Below, in pieces: positions 10,481 through 18,923 of a stretch of 64,000 nt of DNA. Under the pieces are notes generated by a model. It ran no database searches and was not told the origin of the DNA. It saw nothing but the letters and a program-made list of their open reading frames with translations. A program made the position numbers and the translations under genes. Position 1 is the stretch's first letter; each line of letters opens with the position of its first letter. This DNA comes from an uncultured Dehalococcoidia bacterium (GTDB lineage: Bacteria > Chloroflexota > Dehalococcoidia > Lucifugimonadales > CAZENU01): contig CAZENU010000004.1 in the NCBI GenBank assembly GCA_964513735.1, positions 14,064 through 78,063 on the forward strand, in the 5' to 3' direction.

Positions 10481-10560
10481 AATGTGAAAACAATCACTAG
10501 TATAAGTGATTAAATAGGTACTTGACTAACTATATTCTTATATAAGTATAATATAGTCGC
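10481..10560. promoter_or_regulatory. AT-rich palindrome-dense promoter/operator island between etfB and the zinc-ribbon ORF
   Basis: 20 G/C in 80 nt (25% GC) in a GC-rich genome. TTGACT 10522-10527 and TATAAT 10547-10552 (19-nt spacer) face the + strand. Inverted repeats are AATCACT-N6-AGTGATT (10492-10511) and ACTATATT-N13-AATATAGT (10529-10557), the latter with an internal palindrome cttatataag. Confidence 0.5.
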
Positions 10561-10755
10561 TTTGGGGTTTGATCGGCTTAGTGTTTGAGAGGCATCCGGG
10601 GTGCGCACGCAGTATATCGGCCACCACACACGTCTGCGGACGAAGGCGAATGCCCTCGTCCCGGCGATGCTTCGTCAGGACCGGTCCACGGGACCCGCTG
10701 ATGCCCCACGCTATCTCTTACCCGGTGGGACCGCCCTTGTCCAAGGAGAATCGTC

Positions 10756-11250
10756 ATGGTGATCGCAGCCGCCAGCCCCGACCTATCTGTCGCCGCGCAG
10801 GAGTTGCCCAGTTTAGTCGCCCCGGTTGTCTCTACGGTTGAGCCCGCACCGGCTCCATCCAGGCCGCGCACGGATTGTGCGCGATGCGGGACGCGGCTGG
10901 TGATGGGCTACGACGAGCCCGAGTGCCTACGCTGCGGCTGGGCCGACTACTCTTACACCGACACCAGGGTCAACCCCAACGGCACCAGCATCATCAGCAC
11001 GGCCACCAGGTACGTGCTGCGCTATTGCGGCGACTTCACCAGACTTACCGAGATTCTGGCGTACGCGAGGGTCGTCCGGGTCCGCAACCGGGTGGTCTAT
11101 GCGGTGAACTGCCCGTTCTGCGACAACGTAATGGAGCAGTCCTCTCTGTCCGGCAAGAGGCCGGAGGCCCGCGAGCAGCGCTACAAGTGCACCGACGGCC
11201 ACAGGGTGTCCCTGGTGCCGACCAAACGCGGCATGCTGGGCTGGCGGTAG
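10756..11250 (+). CDS. Hypothetical double zinc-ribbon protein
   Basis: CARCG..x12..CLRCG and CPFCD..x24..CTDGH Cys/His pairs. Strong RBS AAGGAG 8 nt upstream of the ATG, and GC3-rich codons. No family recognised. Confidence 0.6.
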   Translation: MVIAAASPDLSVAAQELPSLVAPVVSTVEPAPAPSRPRTDCARCGTRLVMGYDEPECLRCGWADYSYTDTRVNPNGTSIISTATRYVLRYCGDFTRLTEILAYARVVRVRNRVVYAVNCPFCDNVMEQSSLSGKRPEAREQRYKCTDGHRVSLVPTKRGMLGWR

Positions 11251-11423
11251 AATCCAACCGACTCTGACTCCGCTGTCCATGGGGCCGAGCCTCCCCCCGA
11301 CCCCATGGAACAGCTTCCATTGACGACGGGCGGCCGGCGTCGGCGCTTTCGCTTTATAATGCTCCCTCATCCACGCTGTGCGGGAGCGTATCTGTTGCCC
11401 GCCAGCCCTTAGAGTTGCGCCTG

Positions 11424-12290
11424 ATGGCTACCATCGTCGAGCGGCGAGACCGGGACCCGAGCGAGGTCCTGTTCGTCTGCGACTTCACCCCTCCGCGCGG
11501 GCCGGACCCCGCTCTTTTGGACCCGGCGCGAGGCCTGCCGGCCGACTTCATTTCCGTCGCGTACAATCCGGGCAAGTCGGTCAGGGTGAACTCGGTGATC
11601 GTCGCCTATTGGATCAAGCAGAACACGGACCGCGACGTGCTTTTCACGGTCGCGACACGGGACATGAACAAGGTGGCGGCCGAGAGCATGATCCTCGGCG
11701 CCGGCCTCCTGGGCCTAGAGAACCTCGTCGTCGTGAAGGGCGACCGCTTCAGTGAGCGCGAGTTGTCCATGGTCAAGTCGGTGGACGACTTCCGGCCGAC
11801 GGAGCTGGTCCGGGCGGTGGCGTCGATGAACGAGGGACTGGACTTCAAGGGTGGCAAGCTGCGCTCGCCGACGGAGCTCTGTGTGGGAGCCACCATCGAC
11901 CTGGGGCTAGGGCTGGAAGCGCAGACGAAGCTAACCCACCGCAAGGTGGAGGCCGGCGTCCGGTACTTCCTCATGCAGGCGGTGTTCGACCCGGCGCTGG
12001 TGCGGCGCTTCCTGGACGGCTACGCGGATACCTACGGCGAGGAGCTGACCTCGCCCGTTTTCTGCGGCGTCCAGGTCGTGACCACCGACGGCATGGTGTT
12101 CGGAGACGTCCCCGAGTGGATCACCGCCGACCTGGAGAAGGGCAGGGACGCCGCAGACGTCGCCCTCGAGGTCCTTGGCACGTTCGTGGACGCCGGGTTC
12201 AGGTCCATCTACCTGGTGCCGCCCATACTGCGGGCCGGACGCCGCGACTACGCGGCCGCGACCCGCGTCCTCAAGGGCTTCCGCCCGTAG
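11424..12290 (+). CDS. Methylenetetrahydrofolate reductase-family protein
   Basis: The length and motifs (FISVAYNPG, ATRD, VVVKGD, YFLMQAVFD) resemble the MTHFR/MetF fold. ATG 11424 is preferred to TTG 11415. Confidence 0.7.
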   Translation: MATIVERRDRDPSEVLFVCDFTPPRGPDPALLDPARGLPADFISVAYNPGKSVRVNSVIVAYWIKQNTDRDVLFTVATRDMNKVAAESMILGAGLLGLENLVVVKGDRFSERELSMVKSVDDFRPTELVRAVASMNEGLDFKGGKLRSPTELCVGATIDLGLGLEAQTKLTHRKVEAGVRYFLMQAVFDPALVRRFLDGYADTYGEELTSPVFCGVQVVTTDGMVFGDVPEWITADLEKGRDAADVALEVLGTFVDAGFRSIYLVPPILRAGRRDYAAATRVLKGFRP

Positions 12291-12357
12291 CGATTTGCCA
12301 GGTCCGCGCAGTGAACTGGGCGCGGGCCTATCCTCTGACCTTTCCGGATCAAGGGCC

Positions 12358-13233
12358 TCAGACCGCGACGGTGGTGGCGGTGGCGTGCTGCTCGTCGGCG
12401 TGGTATGAGCTGCGGACCAGCGGGCCCGAGGCGACGTGCCGGAACCCCATCGACTCTGCCTCGCGCTTCAGATCGTCGAACTCCTCTGGCGTGTACCACC
12501 TGGCCAGCGCCACGTGCTTCTCAGAGGGGCGCAGGTACTGCCCGATCGTCAGCAGGTCGCAGTCGACCGACCGCAGGTCGCGCATCGTCTCTATGATCTC
12601 GTCCCAGGTCTCGCCCAGGCCGACCATCATGCCCGACTTGGTGACCCCGGCCGGGTCCAACGACCTGGCGCGTGACAGGAGCTCCAACGACTGGTCGTAG
12701 TCACTCCTGGGCCTGACCCGGTGGAACACCCTCCGCACCGTCTCGATGTTGTGGTTCAGAGTGTCCGGCCTGACGGACATGACGGTCTCGAGCGCATCCC
12801 AGTTGCCCTCGAAGTCGGGGATCAGCACCTCGATCTTACAGCCGTGGACGCGTTTGCGGACCTGGAGGACGCACTGGGCGAAGATGAAGGCGCCCCCGTC
12901 CGGCAGATCGTCACGATTGACGGAGGTGATGACCGCGTACCGGAGGCCCATGCGCTCGACGGTCTCGGCCAGCCTGGCCGGCTCCTGGAGGTCGAGTCCC
13001 TGGGGTTTGCCGGTGGCCACCGCACAGTAGGCACAGGAGCGGGTGCATATGTCGCCCAGGACCATGAACGTGGCCGTGCCGCGTTCCCAGCACTCGCCGA
13101 TGTTGGGGCAGTGCGCTTCCTCGCACACGGTGTGGAGGTCGTTGCCACGCAACAGCGCCTTTAGCTCGATGTAGTTGGGGCCGCCCGGCATCCTAGCCTT
13201 GAGCCAGGAGGGCAGCCTTCTCTCGCGGGCCAT
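12358..13233 (-). CDS. lipA: Lipoyl synthase
   Basis: CEEAHCPNIGECW auxiliary cluster motif and radical-SAM CTRSCAYC. Start at ATG 13233, preceded by GGAGGA. Confidence 0.93.
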   Translation of the reverse strand: MARERRLPSWLKARMPGGPNYIELKALLRGNDLHTVCEEAHCPNIGECWERGTATFMVLGDICTRSCAYCAVATGKPQGLDLQEPARLAETVERMGLRYAVITSVNRDDLPDGGAFIFAQCVLQVRKRVHGCKIEVLIPDFEGNWDALETVMSVRPDTLNHNIETVRRVFHRVRPRSDYDQSLELLSRARSLDPAGVTKSGMMVGLGETWDEIIETMRDLRSVDCDLLTIGQYLRPSEKHVALARWYTPEEFDDLKREAESMGFRHVASGPLVRSSYHADEQHATATTVAV

Positions 13234-13340
13234 CGTTTCCTCCAAGGAAACAAATGATATCAGATTAGATAAGTCCAGCCCGGTCGCCAAGCCACGGGAA
13301 TGGCCCGGGAGCCCTGTGCTATATTGAGGCTGAGTCTAAT

Positions 13341-14567
13341 ATGGCTACCGCGACGACCGGGCTGGACAGGCGAGAGCAGGCGCCGGAAGAGCCGGAGCTG
13401 GTCACCCTGAGCCTGGAGGAGATGGGGCCGCTCGGCGATACGATGGCGCCCTTCAAGGGCGGGCGCATCAATGTCGCCGGTGGCATCCCGGGCGAAGAGG
13501 TCGTGGCGCAGATAGTGCGCTACCGCCGGCGGAAGCAGCGGCACGTCTCCGGCATCGTCGTCGACGTCCTGAAGCCGTCGCCTTACCGCGTCGCCACGCC
13601 CTGTCCCTACTTCGGTCCCTGCAGCGGCTGCCAGTGGCAGCATATCGACTACTCTCACCAGCTAGAGCTGAAGCGTGACGCCATTCGCGGCGAGTTGGAG
13701 GGCTATGAGGCCGTGCTGGGCACCGCGATCTCCGACACCGTGCCCGCTCCCGACCAGTTTGGCTACAGGAACCACGCCCGGTTCACGGTGCGCCACAGTG
13801 GGAAGCTGGGGTTCGTCAACAGGATCACCCGACGGTTCGTCGACGTCGAAAGCTGCATGCTAATGGCATCGGAGATCAACGAGGTGCTGGGCAAGCTCGA
13901 CGGCCACAGCCAGGAGACGAGCCAACTCTCGATACGCTACGGCATCAACACCTCCGAGCTACTGGTGCAGCCGGCGCTCCACAATGACGACATCCCGCTG
14001 CCCACCGGCCAGACGCACTACCGCGAGGCGTTGCTGGGCAGGACGTTCCGGATCGCATCGCCTTCCTTCTTCCAGGTCAATACCGCCCAGGCCGAGCGGC
14101 TGGCGGAGCTCGTCCGGCAGCGGTTGGAGCTCCAGGGCGCCGAGACGCTGGTCGACGCCTACGCCGGCGTGGGGACCTTCGCGGTGCTGCTGGCCCCCTA
14201 CGTCGGCCGCGTGATCGCGGTAGAGGAGTCGGAGGCGGCGGTCAAGGACGCGGCGGTCAACACCCTGGGCCTGAACAACCTGGAGTTCCGGCAGGGCCGG
14301 ACCGAGGAAGTGCTCGGGGACCTGGGCTCCAGGCCCGACGCGGTGATACTGGACCCGCCGCGGGCCGGGTGCGACCCGGCGGCGTTGGAGGCCATCGCCA
14401 GATGGGAGCCAAGGCGCACGGTATACGTCTCGTGTGACCCGGCCAGCCTGGCCAGGGACCTGGACATCCTGGTGAGAGCGGGACTGAGAGTTATCGAGAC
14501 ACAGCCGCTGGACATGTTCCCGCAGACCTACCACGTAGAGTGCGTCGCCACGCTGGAGCCGGGTTAG
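13341..14567 (+). CDS. TRAM-domain 23S rRNA (uracil-5-)-methyltransferase, RumA/RlmD family
   Basis: Fe-S Cys cluster CPYFGPCSGCQWQH, SAM motif DAYAGVGTF, and C-terminal DMFPQTYHVE. Confidence 0.8.
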   Translation: MATATTGLDRREQAPEEPELVTLSLEEMGPLGDTMAPFKGGRINVAGGIPGEEVVAQIVRYRRRKQRHVSGIVVDVLKPSPYRVATPCPYFGPCSGCQWQHIDYSHQLELKRDAIRGELEGYEAVLGTAISDTVPAPDQFGYRNHARFTVRHSGKLGFVNRITRRFVDVESCMLMASEINEVLGKLDGHSQETSQLSIRYGINTSELLVQPALHNDDIPLPTGQTHYREALLGRTFRIASPSFFQVNTAQAERLAELVRQRLELQGAETLVDAYAGVGTFAVLLAPYVGRVIAVEESEAAVKDAAVNTLGLNNLEFRQGRTEEVLGDLGSRPDAVILDPPRAGCDPAALEAIARWEPRRTVYVSCDPASLARDLDILVRAGLRVIETQPLDMFPQTYHVECVATLEPG

Positions 14568-14595
14568 CGGAGGGATTCGGAAGCGGTCCGCCGAT

Positions 14596-14913
14596 GTGTA
14601 CGCCCTAGCCAGGAAGAGGTCAATTCCAATGAGCACTCGCGACTCCACCGGGCTGCCGCGCCCTTTCGCCTTCAGTTGGGGCAAGGGGCTGGTCGTGGAA
14701 GAGGCGTCACATGAAAGCCAGTACCATCAACCGCGCATCCAGCTACTGGAGTACGAGGACGGGACGCTCTCGGTCCGATTCTGTTACTACGACCGATCCG
14801 GTCGTTTCCAGCGCAGCTCCCTGATGCTGGGCGCGGACGATATCGGCGGGCTGCGAGCGTCTCTGGAGCAACCCCCCAGGCTGCGCTCGCTGCTGCTGGA
14901 ACTGGTAGCGTAG
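14596..14913 (+). CDS. Hypothetical protein
   Basis: An ORF in the gap between rumA-like and maf with coding-like GC3. No family recognised; the start may be ATG 14629. Confidence 0.35.
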   Translation: MYALARKRSIPMSTRDSTGLPRPFAFSWGKGLVVEEASHESQYHQPRIQLLEYEDGTLSVRFCYYDRSGRFQRSSLMLGADDIGGLRASLEQPPRLRSLLLELVA

Positions 14914-14935
14914 CTTGGCCGCCCGAGCTGAACGC

Positions 14936-15646
14936 ATGCACGACACTGCACGGACGCCCATACGGGGACCCGAGGCAGCGCCCGCCGCGGCGGCTGGCAG
15001 GCGGCTGGTACTGGCGTCCGCGTCGCCTCGCCGGCGTGAGCTCATGGGCGCGCTCCGAGCAGCATTTGAGGCGGTTCCTCCGAATGGCGCGGAGACGCCG
15101 CCGCGGAGCGGCGAGGCGCCCGAGAATTTCGTCATGCGGCTGTCATTGTCCAAGGCCCGCGAGGTGTCGCGGCGGGTCGGGGACGCCATTGTGGTCGGCG
15201 CCGACACCGCGGTCGTCGTGGACGGCGTCGTGCTGGGCAAGCCGGTGGACCCCGAGGACGCCGTGGCGATGCTGGCCCGGCTTCGCGGCAGGACTCACCG
15301 TGTCGTGACGGGCGTCACGGTGTTTGACGGGGCTTCCGCCGACTCACGCACGATCTGCAAAAGCACAGACGTGCTCATGCGGCAGTACTCCGACGAAGAG
15401 ATCTCGGCCTACGTCGCCTCCGGCGACCCCCTCGACAAGGCCGGAGGCTACGCCGTCCAGGACGTCGCGTTCAGGCCGGCCGATTCGATGGACGGGTGCT
15501 ACCTGAACGTGGTTGGGCTGCCGCTGTGCGAGACGGTAACGCTGCTCGCCGAGATCGGGGCAGACATCGATCTGAAAAGCGGCTGGTGGCCGCCTGCGGA
15601 GTGCGCCGACTGCCCGCTGAGCGTAGACGGCGAGGTCGGCCGATGA
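14936..15646 (+). CDS. maf: Maf-like nucleoside triphosphate pyrophosphatase
   Basis: RLVLASASPRRRELM motif and C-terminal KAGGYAVQD. The first in-frame ATG is at 14936 (track start TTG 14915). Confidence 0.85.
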   Translation: MHDTARTPIRGPEAAPAAAAGRRLVLASASPRRRELMGALRAAFEAVPPNGAETPPRSGEAPENFVMRLSLSKAREVSRRVGDAIVVGADTAVVVDGVVLGKPVDPEDAVAMLARLRGRTHRVVTGVTVFDGASADSRTICKSTDVLMRQYSDEEISAYVASGDPLDKAGGYAVQDVAFRPADSMDGCYLNVVGLPLCETVTLLAEIGADIDLKSGWWPPAECADCPLSVDGEVGR

Positions 15647-16017
15647 CGATACTCGGAATGGGACCGCTGGAGATACTGGTGGTGCTGATGATCGCCTTCA
15701 TCGTGCTGGGGCCGGACAAAATGGTGTCCACCGCGCGGACCCTTGGCAAGGTTACGGGCGAGCTGAGACGGCTGGCTGAGGGGCTTCCACAGATCTCACT
15801 TGACGACGAGCTGCGGTATCCGCCGGACAGGCCCATCGTGCACCGCGGAGGAGGCCCTAGTCCTAGCGTCGGCGGCGGGCCGGAGACGGCCGGCGAGCCG
15901 GACGGTGAAGACGGGGGCGAAACGCGACGGGAGTCGGGGCCGGTGGCCTTCAAGCCGTCGACGGATGTGGCTGCGTACGATGACCGAGACGAGTCGCAGG
16001 CTGGGGGCGCGGCGTGA
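15643..16017 (+). CDS. tatB: Twin-arginine translocase TatA/TatB-family protein (TatB-like, long acidic tail)
   Basis: MTILGMGPLEILVVLMIAFIVLGPDKM. The start overlaps the maf stop (ATGA) and the stop overlaps the tatC start. Confidence 0.7.
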   Translation: MTILGMGPLEILVVLMIAFIVLGPDKMVSTARTLGKVTGELRRLAEGLPQISLDDELRYPPDRPIVHRGGGPSPSVGGGPETAGEPDGEDGGETRRESGPVAFKPSTDVAAYDDRDESQAGGAA

Positions 16018-16772
16018 GCGAGGGCAAGCTCCCGATCAGGCAGCACCTGATCGAGCTGAGACGGCGGCTCATCTATTCCGCGGTCTTCCTAGCGGTCGCC
16101 ACCGGGGTGGCCTTCGTGTTCCACCAGCAGATCTTGAAACTACTGATGGGGCCCGCCCAGGGCTTCGCCGGGATACCGAACCAGAAGCCTGTCTACACGG
16201 AGATGACCGAGTTCATCGGCATCGCCTTCAAGGTCTCGCTGCTGTCGGGCTTCGTCATATCGTTCCCGTTCATCCTGTTCCAGATCGTGATGTTCGTGTC
16301 GTCCGGACTGACTTCCGGCGAGCGGCGATACCTCTATACGTTGTTGCCGGTCAGTGTCCTGGTTTTCTTGGCGGGCGCGGCCTTTGGGTACCGCATTCTC
16401 TTCCCGCCCGCTGTTGGTTTCCTGCTCTCCTTCGGTAACGAGGTGGCGACGCCGTTTATACGAATAGGCAGCTACGCCAACCTGATGATAACGTTGCTGT
16501 TCTGGATGGGCCTGATTTTCGAGACGCCGGTGGTGATGTTCTTCCTGTCTAGGATCGGAGTCGTCACGCCATCCCTGCTGGCGAAAAACCGGAAGTTCGC
16601 CGTCGTCGGCGCCTTTGTTCTGGGCGCGATGATCACTCCAACCATCGACCCGATAAACCAGACGCTGGTGGCGCTGCCGGTGATCGTGCTATACGAGGTC
16701 GGCATAGGGCTGGCCAAGCTCGGTGCCCACGGCCGGCGCAAGGCGGCGCAGCGATTTGAGACGGAGAGCTAG
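16014..16772 (+). CDS. tatC: Twin-arginine translocase subunit TatC
   Basis: 252 aa, six predicted TM segments, HLIELRRRLIYS N-terminus typical of TatC. Confidence 0.9.
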   Translation: MSEGKLPIRQHLIELRRRLIYSAVFLAVATGVAFVFHQQILKLLMGPAQGFAGIPNQKPVYTEMTEFIGIAFKVSLLSGFVISFPFILFQIVMFVSSGLTSGERRYLYTLLPVSVLVFLAGAAFGYRILFPPAVGFLLSFGNEVATPFIRIGSYANLMITLLFWMGLIFETPVVMFFLSRIGVVTPSLLAKNRKFAVVGAFVLGAMITPTIDPINQTLVALPVIVLYEVGIGLAKLGAHGRRKAAQRFETES

Positions 16773-16797
16773 GCACGTCTAGCGCAGTCGGAATTGA

Positions 16798-16836
16798 AGA
16801 GGCCCCGGCCAGCAATTTGGCCAGGGCCTCTTTCGT
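16798..16836. terminator. Hairpin between convergent tatC and tatA
   Basis: AGAGGCCC (16798-16805) pairs with GGGCCTCT (16824-16831), followed by ttcgtt on the + strand. Confidence 0.55.
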
Positions 16837-16874
16837 TACGGCTGTAATGACGCGGCTACCGTGTGTGGGCGGCG

Positions 16875-17069
16875 TTACTCCTTGGTCTGAGCGCCGCTCT
16901 CTACCTCGGCGTCGTCCTTGTCGTCGGCGCTGCCCGTCACCGACGACTTGAATTCGCGTATCGCCTTGCCCATTGCGCCGCCGACCTCGGGGAGCCTGCC
17001 GACACCGAAGACGATCACCACGATGGCGAGGACGACGATCAGCTCCCAGGGATGAACGAAGTGCGGCAT
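16875..17069 (-). CDS. tatA: Twin-arginine translocase subunit TatA/E
   Basis: 64 aa, WELIVVLAIVVIVFGVGRLPEVGGAMGKAIREFK. Confidence 0.85.
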   Translation of the reverse strand: MPHFVHPWELIVVLAIVVIVFGVGRLPEVGGAMGKAIREFKSSVTGSADDKDDAEVESGAQTKE

Positions 17070-17164
17070 TTACACTACCTCCAGCGTTCGACCGCCAATC
17101 TCATGGTAGCGCGACGCTGAGGCACCGTCAATCTGAAAAGGGGACTATAACCTGAGACACACCC

Positions 17165-17560
17165 CTAGCTAGTCACGTCTAGGTCTTCGGGAAGAAGGAG
17201 GTGCTGCTGTTGCGAGGTGGTACGAGGGCGTCTCTTACCACGCTGCGCCGGCTTCCGCTGCCTCCTTCTCTCGGCGTCGCTCATCTTCCGACGATTGAAG
17301 CGATAGTCAAACTCGTCTAGGTACATCGGCAAGAAGTCATCGCCTACGTGGTGGAATACGCCCTAGACACCCCGCTTCAGTAGGCTCCAGTAGTTTCCGA
17401 TACTCCGCGTGTATACTCGCTTTTCACGTACTTGACCTCGTGGTCGACGACTTCGTGCGGCAGGTAGTCCTTTACGCGACTTTGAGTCAAGTATCCAGCG
17501 TCAATCTGACGCCAACCCACCTGCGACCGCGCCGACACAAGATTCCTTGTGTCCGGTTGC
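17165..17560 (-). pseudogene. IS1595-family transposase remnant (C-terminal part only, disrupted)
   Basis: My minus-strand reading gives ..IDAGYLTQSRVKDYLPHEVVDHEVKYVKSEY, then a frameshift, then TRSIGNYWSLLKRGV*GVFHHVGDDFLPMYLDEFDYRFNRRKMSDAERR... This is the IS1595/ISXO2-like C-terminal signature (xIExxWSxLKR..YLDEFxxRxNRR) with an in-frame TAG. No N-terminal half and no inverted repeats were seen. Confidence 0.6.
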
Positions 17561-17666
17561 GATGGGTATCAGTCTCGAAACTCTCTTTCGAGGCTGAACC
17601 GAGTGGAAAGAAAGGCCGGGCGGTTAAGCCCGACCTTGACATTGAGGAGTGGTGGTGTAGCGCCCG

Positions 17667-18305
17667 TCAGACCGTCCTGACGACCCCGACGACCCGGCCC
17701 CGTACCGAGACGTTCTCAGCGGGCACCGTGATCGGCTGTAGCGCCACGTTGGCTGGCTGCAGGGTGACCTTGCCGTTGCTCATGTGGAAGTGCTTCAGAG
17801 TGACCTCGCCCTTGTCCTTGAGCCAGGCGGCGACCATGTCGCCGTTCTGGAGGTCGTCGACCGGCTCCATAATGACCAGGTCGCCATCGGCTACAAGCGC
17901 GTCGATCATCGAGTCGCCCTTGACTCTCACAGCGAACACGTCGGCCCTGCCTCCTGTGATGAAGGTCGGCAGTTCCACGCTGTCGATGGCGTCGGTGCTC
18001 CAGGAGTCCGTAGGAGGCACGTGCAGCGGCTCGCCCGCCGCGATGTTGCCCAGGACCGGCACCGATATGAGGTTCCGGCTCGGAGCGGAGCCGTCCAGAA
18101 GCTCTATCCCCCTGGATACCTCGGCCTCACGGCGGATGTAGCCTTCGCGCTGGAGGATTCGGAGGTTGTAGTCGACCACCGAGGTCGAGCTGATCTCACA
18201 GGCCGTCTGGATGTCCCGGACGGTCGGCGGGAACTGGTGGTCGTCCATGAAGGCGCGTATGACGCCCAGGATCCGCTTCTGCCGCTCGGATAACTTCCGT
18301 TTCAT
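17667..18305 (-). CDS. lexA: LexA repressor
   Basis: ORF trimmed to ATG 18305. MKRKLSERQKRILGVIRAF, winged helix, cleavage site AAGEP, VKGDSM catalytic Ser and a downstream Lys (TLKHF). Confidence 0.92.
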   Translation of the reverse strand: MKRKLSERQKRILGVIRAFMDDHQFPPTVRDIQTACEISSTSVVDYNLRILQREGYIRREAEVSRGIELLDGSAPSRNLISVPVLGNIAAGEPLHVPPTDSWSTDAIDSVELPTFITGGRADVFAVRVKGDSMIDALVADGDLVIMEPVDDLQNGDMVAAWLKDKGEVTLKHFHMSNGKVTLQPANVALQPITVPAENVSVRGRVVGVVRTV

Positions 18306-18345
18306 CGTTGCCCCCTGGCCACCGGGTCGATCCTGCCCATAACAA

Positions 18346-18370
18346 GGACGAATGTTCGGAACAAAAGTAG
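18346..18370 (-). promoter_or_regulatory. Candidate SOS/LexA operator upstream of lexA
   Basis: GGACGAATGTTCGGAACAAAAGTAG lies 40-65 nt upstream of the lexA ATG. It contains the perfect palindrome TGTTC-G-GAACA (18353-18363) and two imperfect GAAC-N4-GTxx half-site pairs. Confidence 0.4.
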
Positions 18371-18652
18371 CACGGAGCGGAGCGCGAGTCAAGGCGTTGT
18401 AGCTACTTGCCCTTCGACCTGCTGCGATGGCACCCCACACAGGGACTGGCTGCCCACCCCCTTCCGTTCCGATCTTAGCGCGGCGAAGGGTTGGCCCCGC
18501 CGGGCGAACCACGATGCCCATGTGACACCGTTGTTGGTAGGGGTACAGGCGGGAACGACACCGGCGCGGCCCGCGTCGGTGTCGTTCATGGGAGGCAGGC
18601 GGCGACCACCGGTGCACGACGAGGCGCGCAGGTTCTAACGGTGGGCCGAGGC

Positions 18653-18910
18653 TTAGGCGTCGCGTGCCGAGTTGAGCTGCGCCATTAGGCGTGACTTGCG
18701 GCGGGCGGCGTTTCTGCGGTGGATGGCCCCCTTCTGGGCTGCCTTGTCCAGGGCGACGATCGCCTGCTGGACGGCCTGTTCGGCGGCTCCGACCTCCTCG
18801 GACTCGATCAGGCGCCGGACTTTGGTGACGTAGGTCCGGGCCACGGAGCGCAGCGGCGCATTGCGCCGGCGCCTTCTCTCGGCTACTCTTTTCGACCTGG
18901 CACTTGGCAA
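18653..18910 (-). CDS. rpsT: 30S ribosomal protein S20
   Basis: 85 aa, basic, SARSKRVAERRRRRNAPLRS...HRRNAARRKSRL. Confidence 0.92.
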   Translation of the reverse strand: MPSARSKRVAERRRRRNAPLRSVARTYVTKVRRLIESEEVGAAEQAVQQAIVALDKAAQKGAIHRRNAARRKSRLMAQLNSARDA

Positions 18911-18923
18911 TTCAGAAGACTCC

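Noticed and set aside
18553-18587. Perfect 11-bp-stem hairpin GAACGACACCG..CGGTGTCGTTC downstream of rpsT, considered as its terminator.
   Set aside because: No U-tract follows on either strand, so I did not list it as a terminator. It may still be an RNA-stability or Rho-related element.
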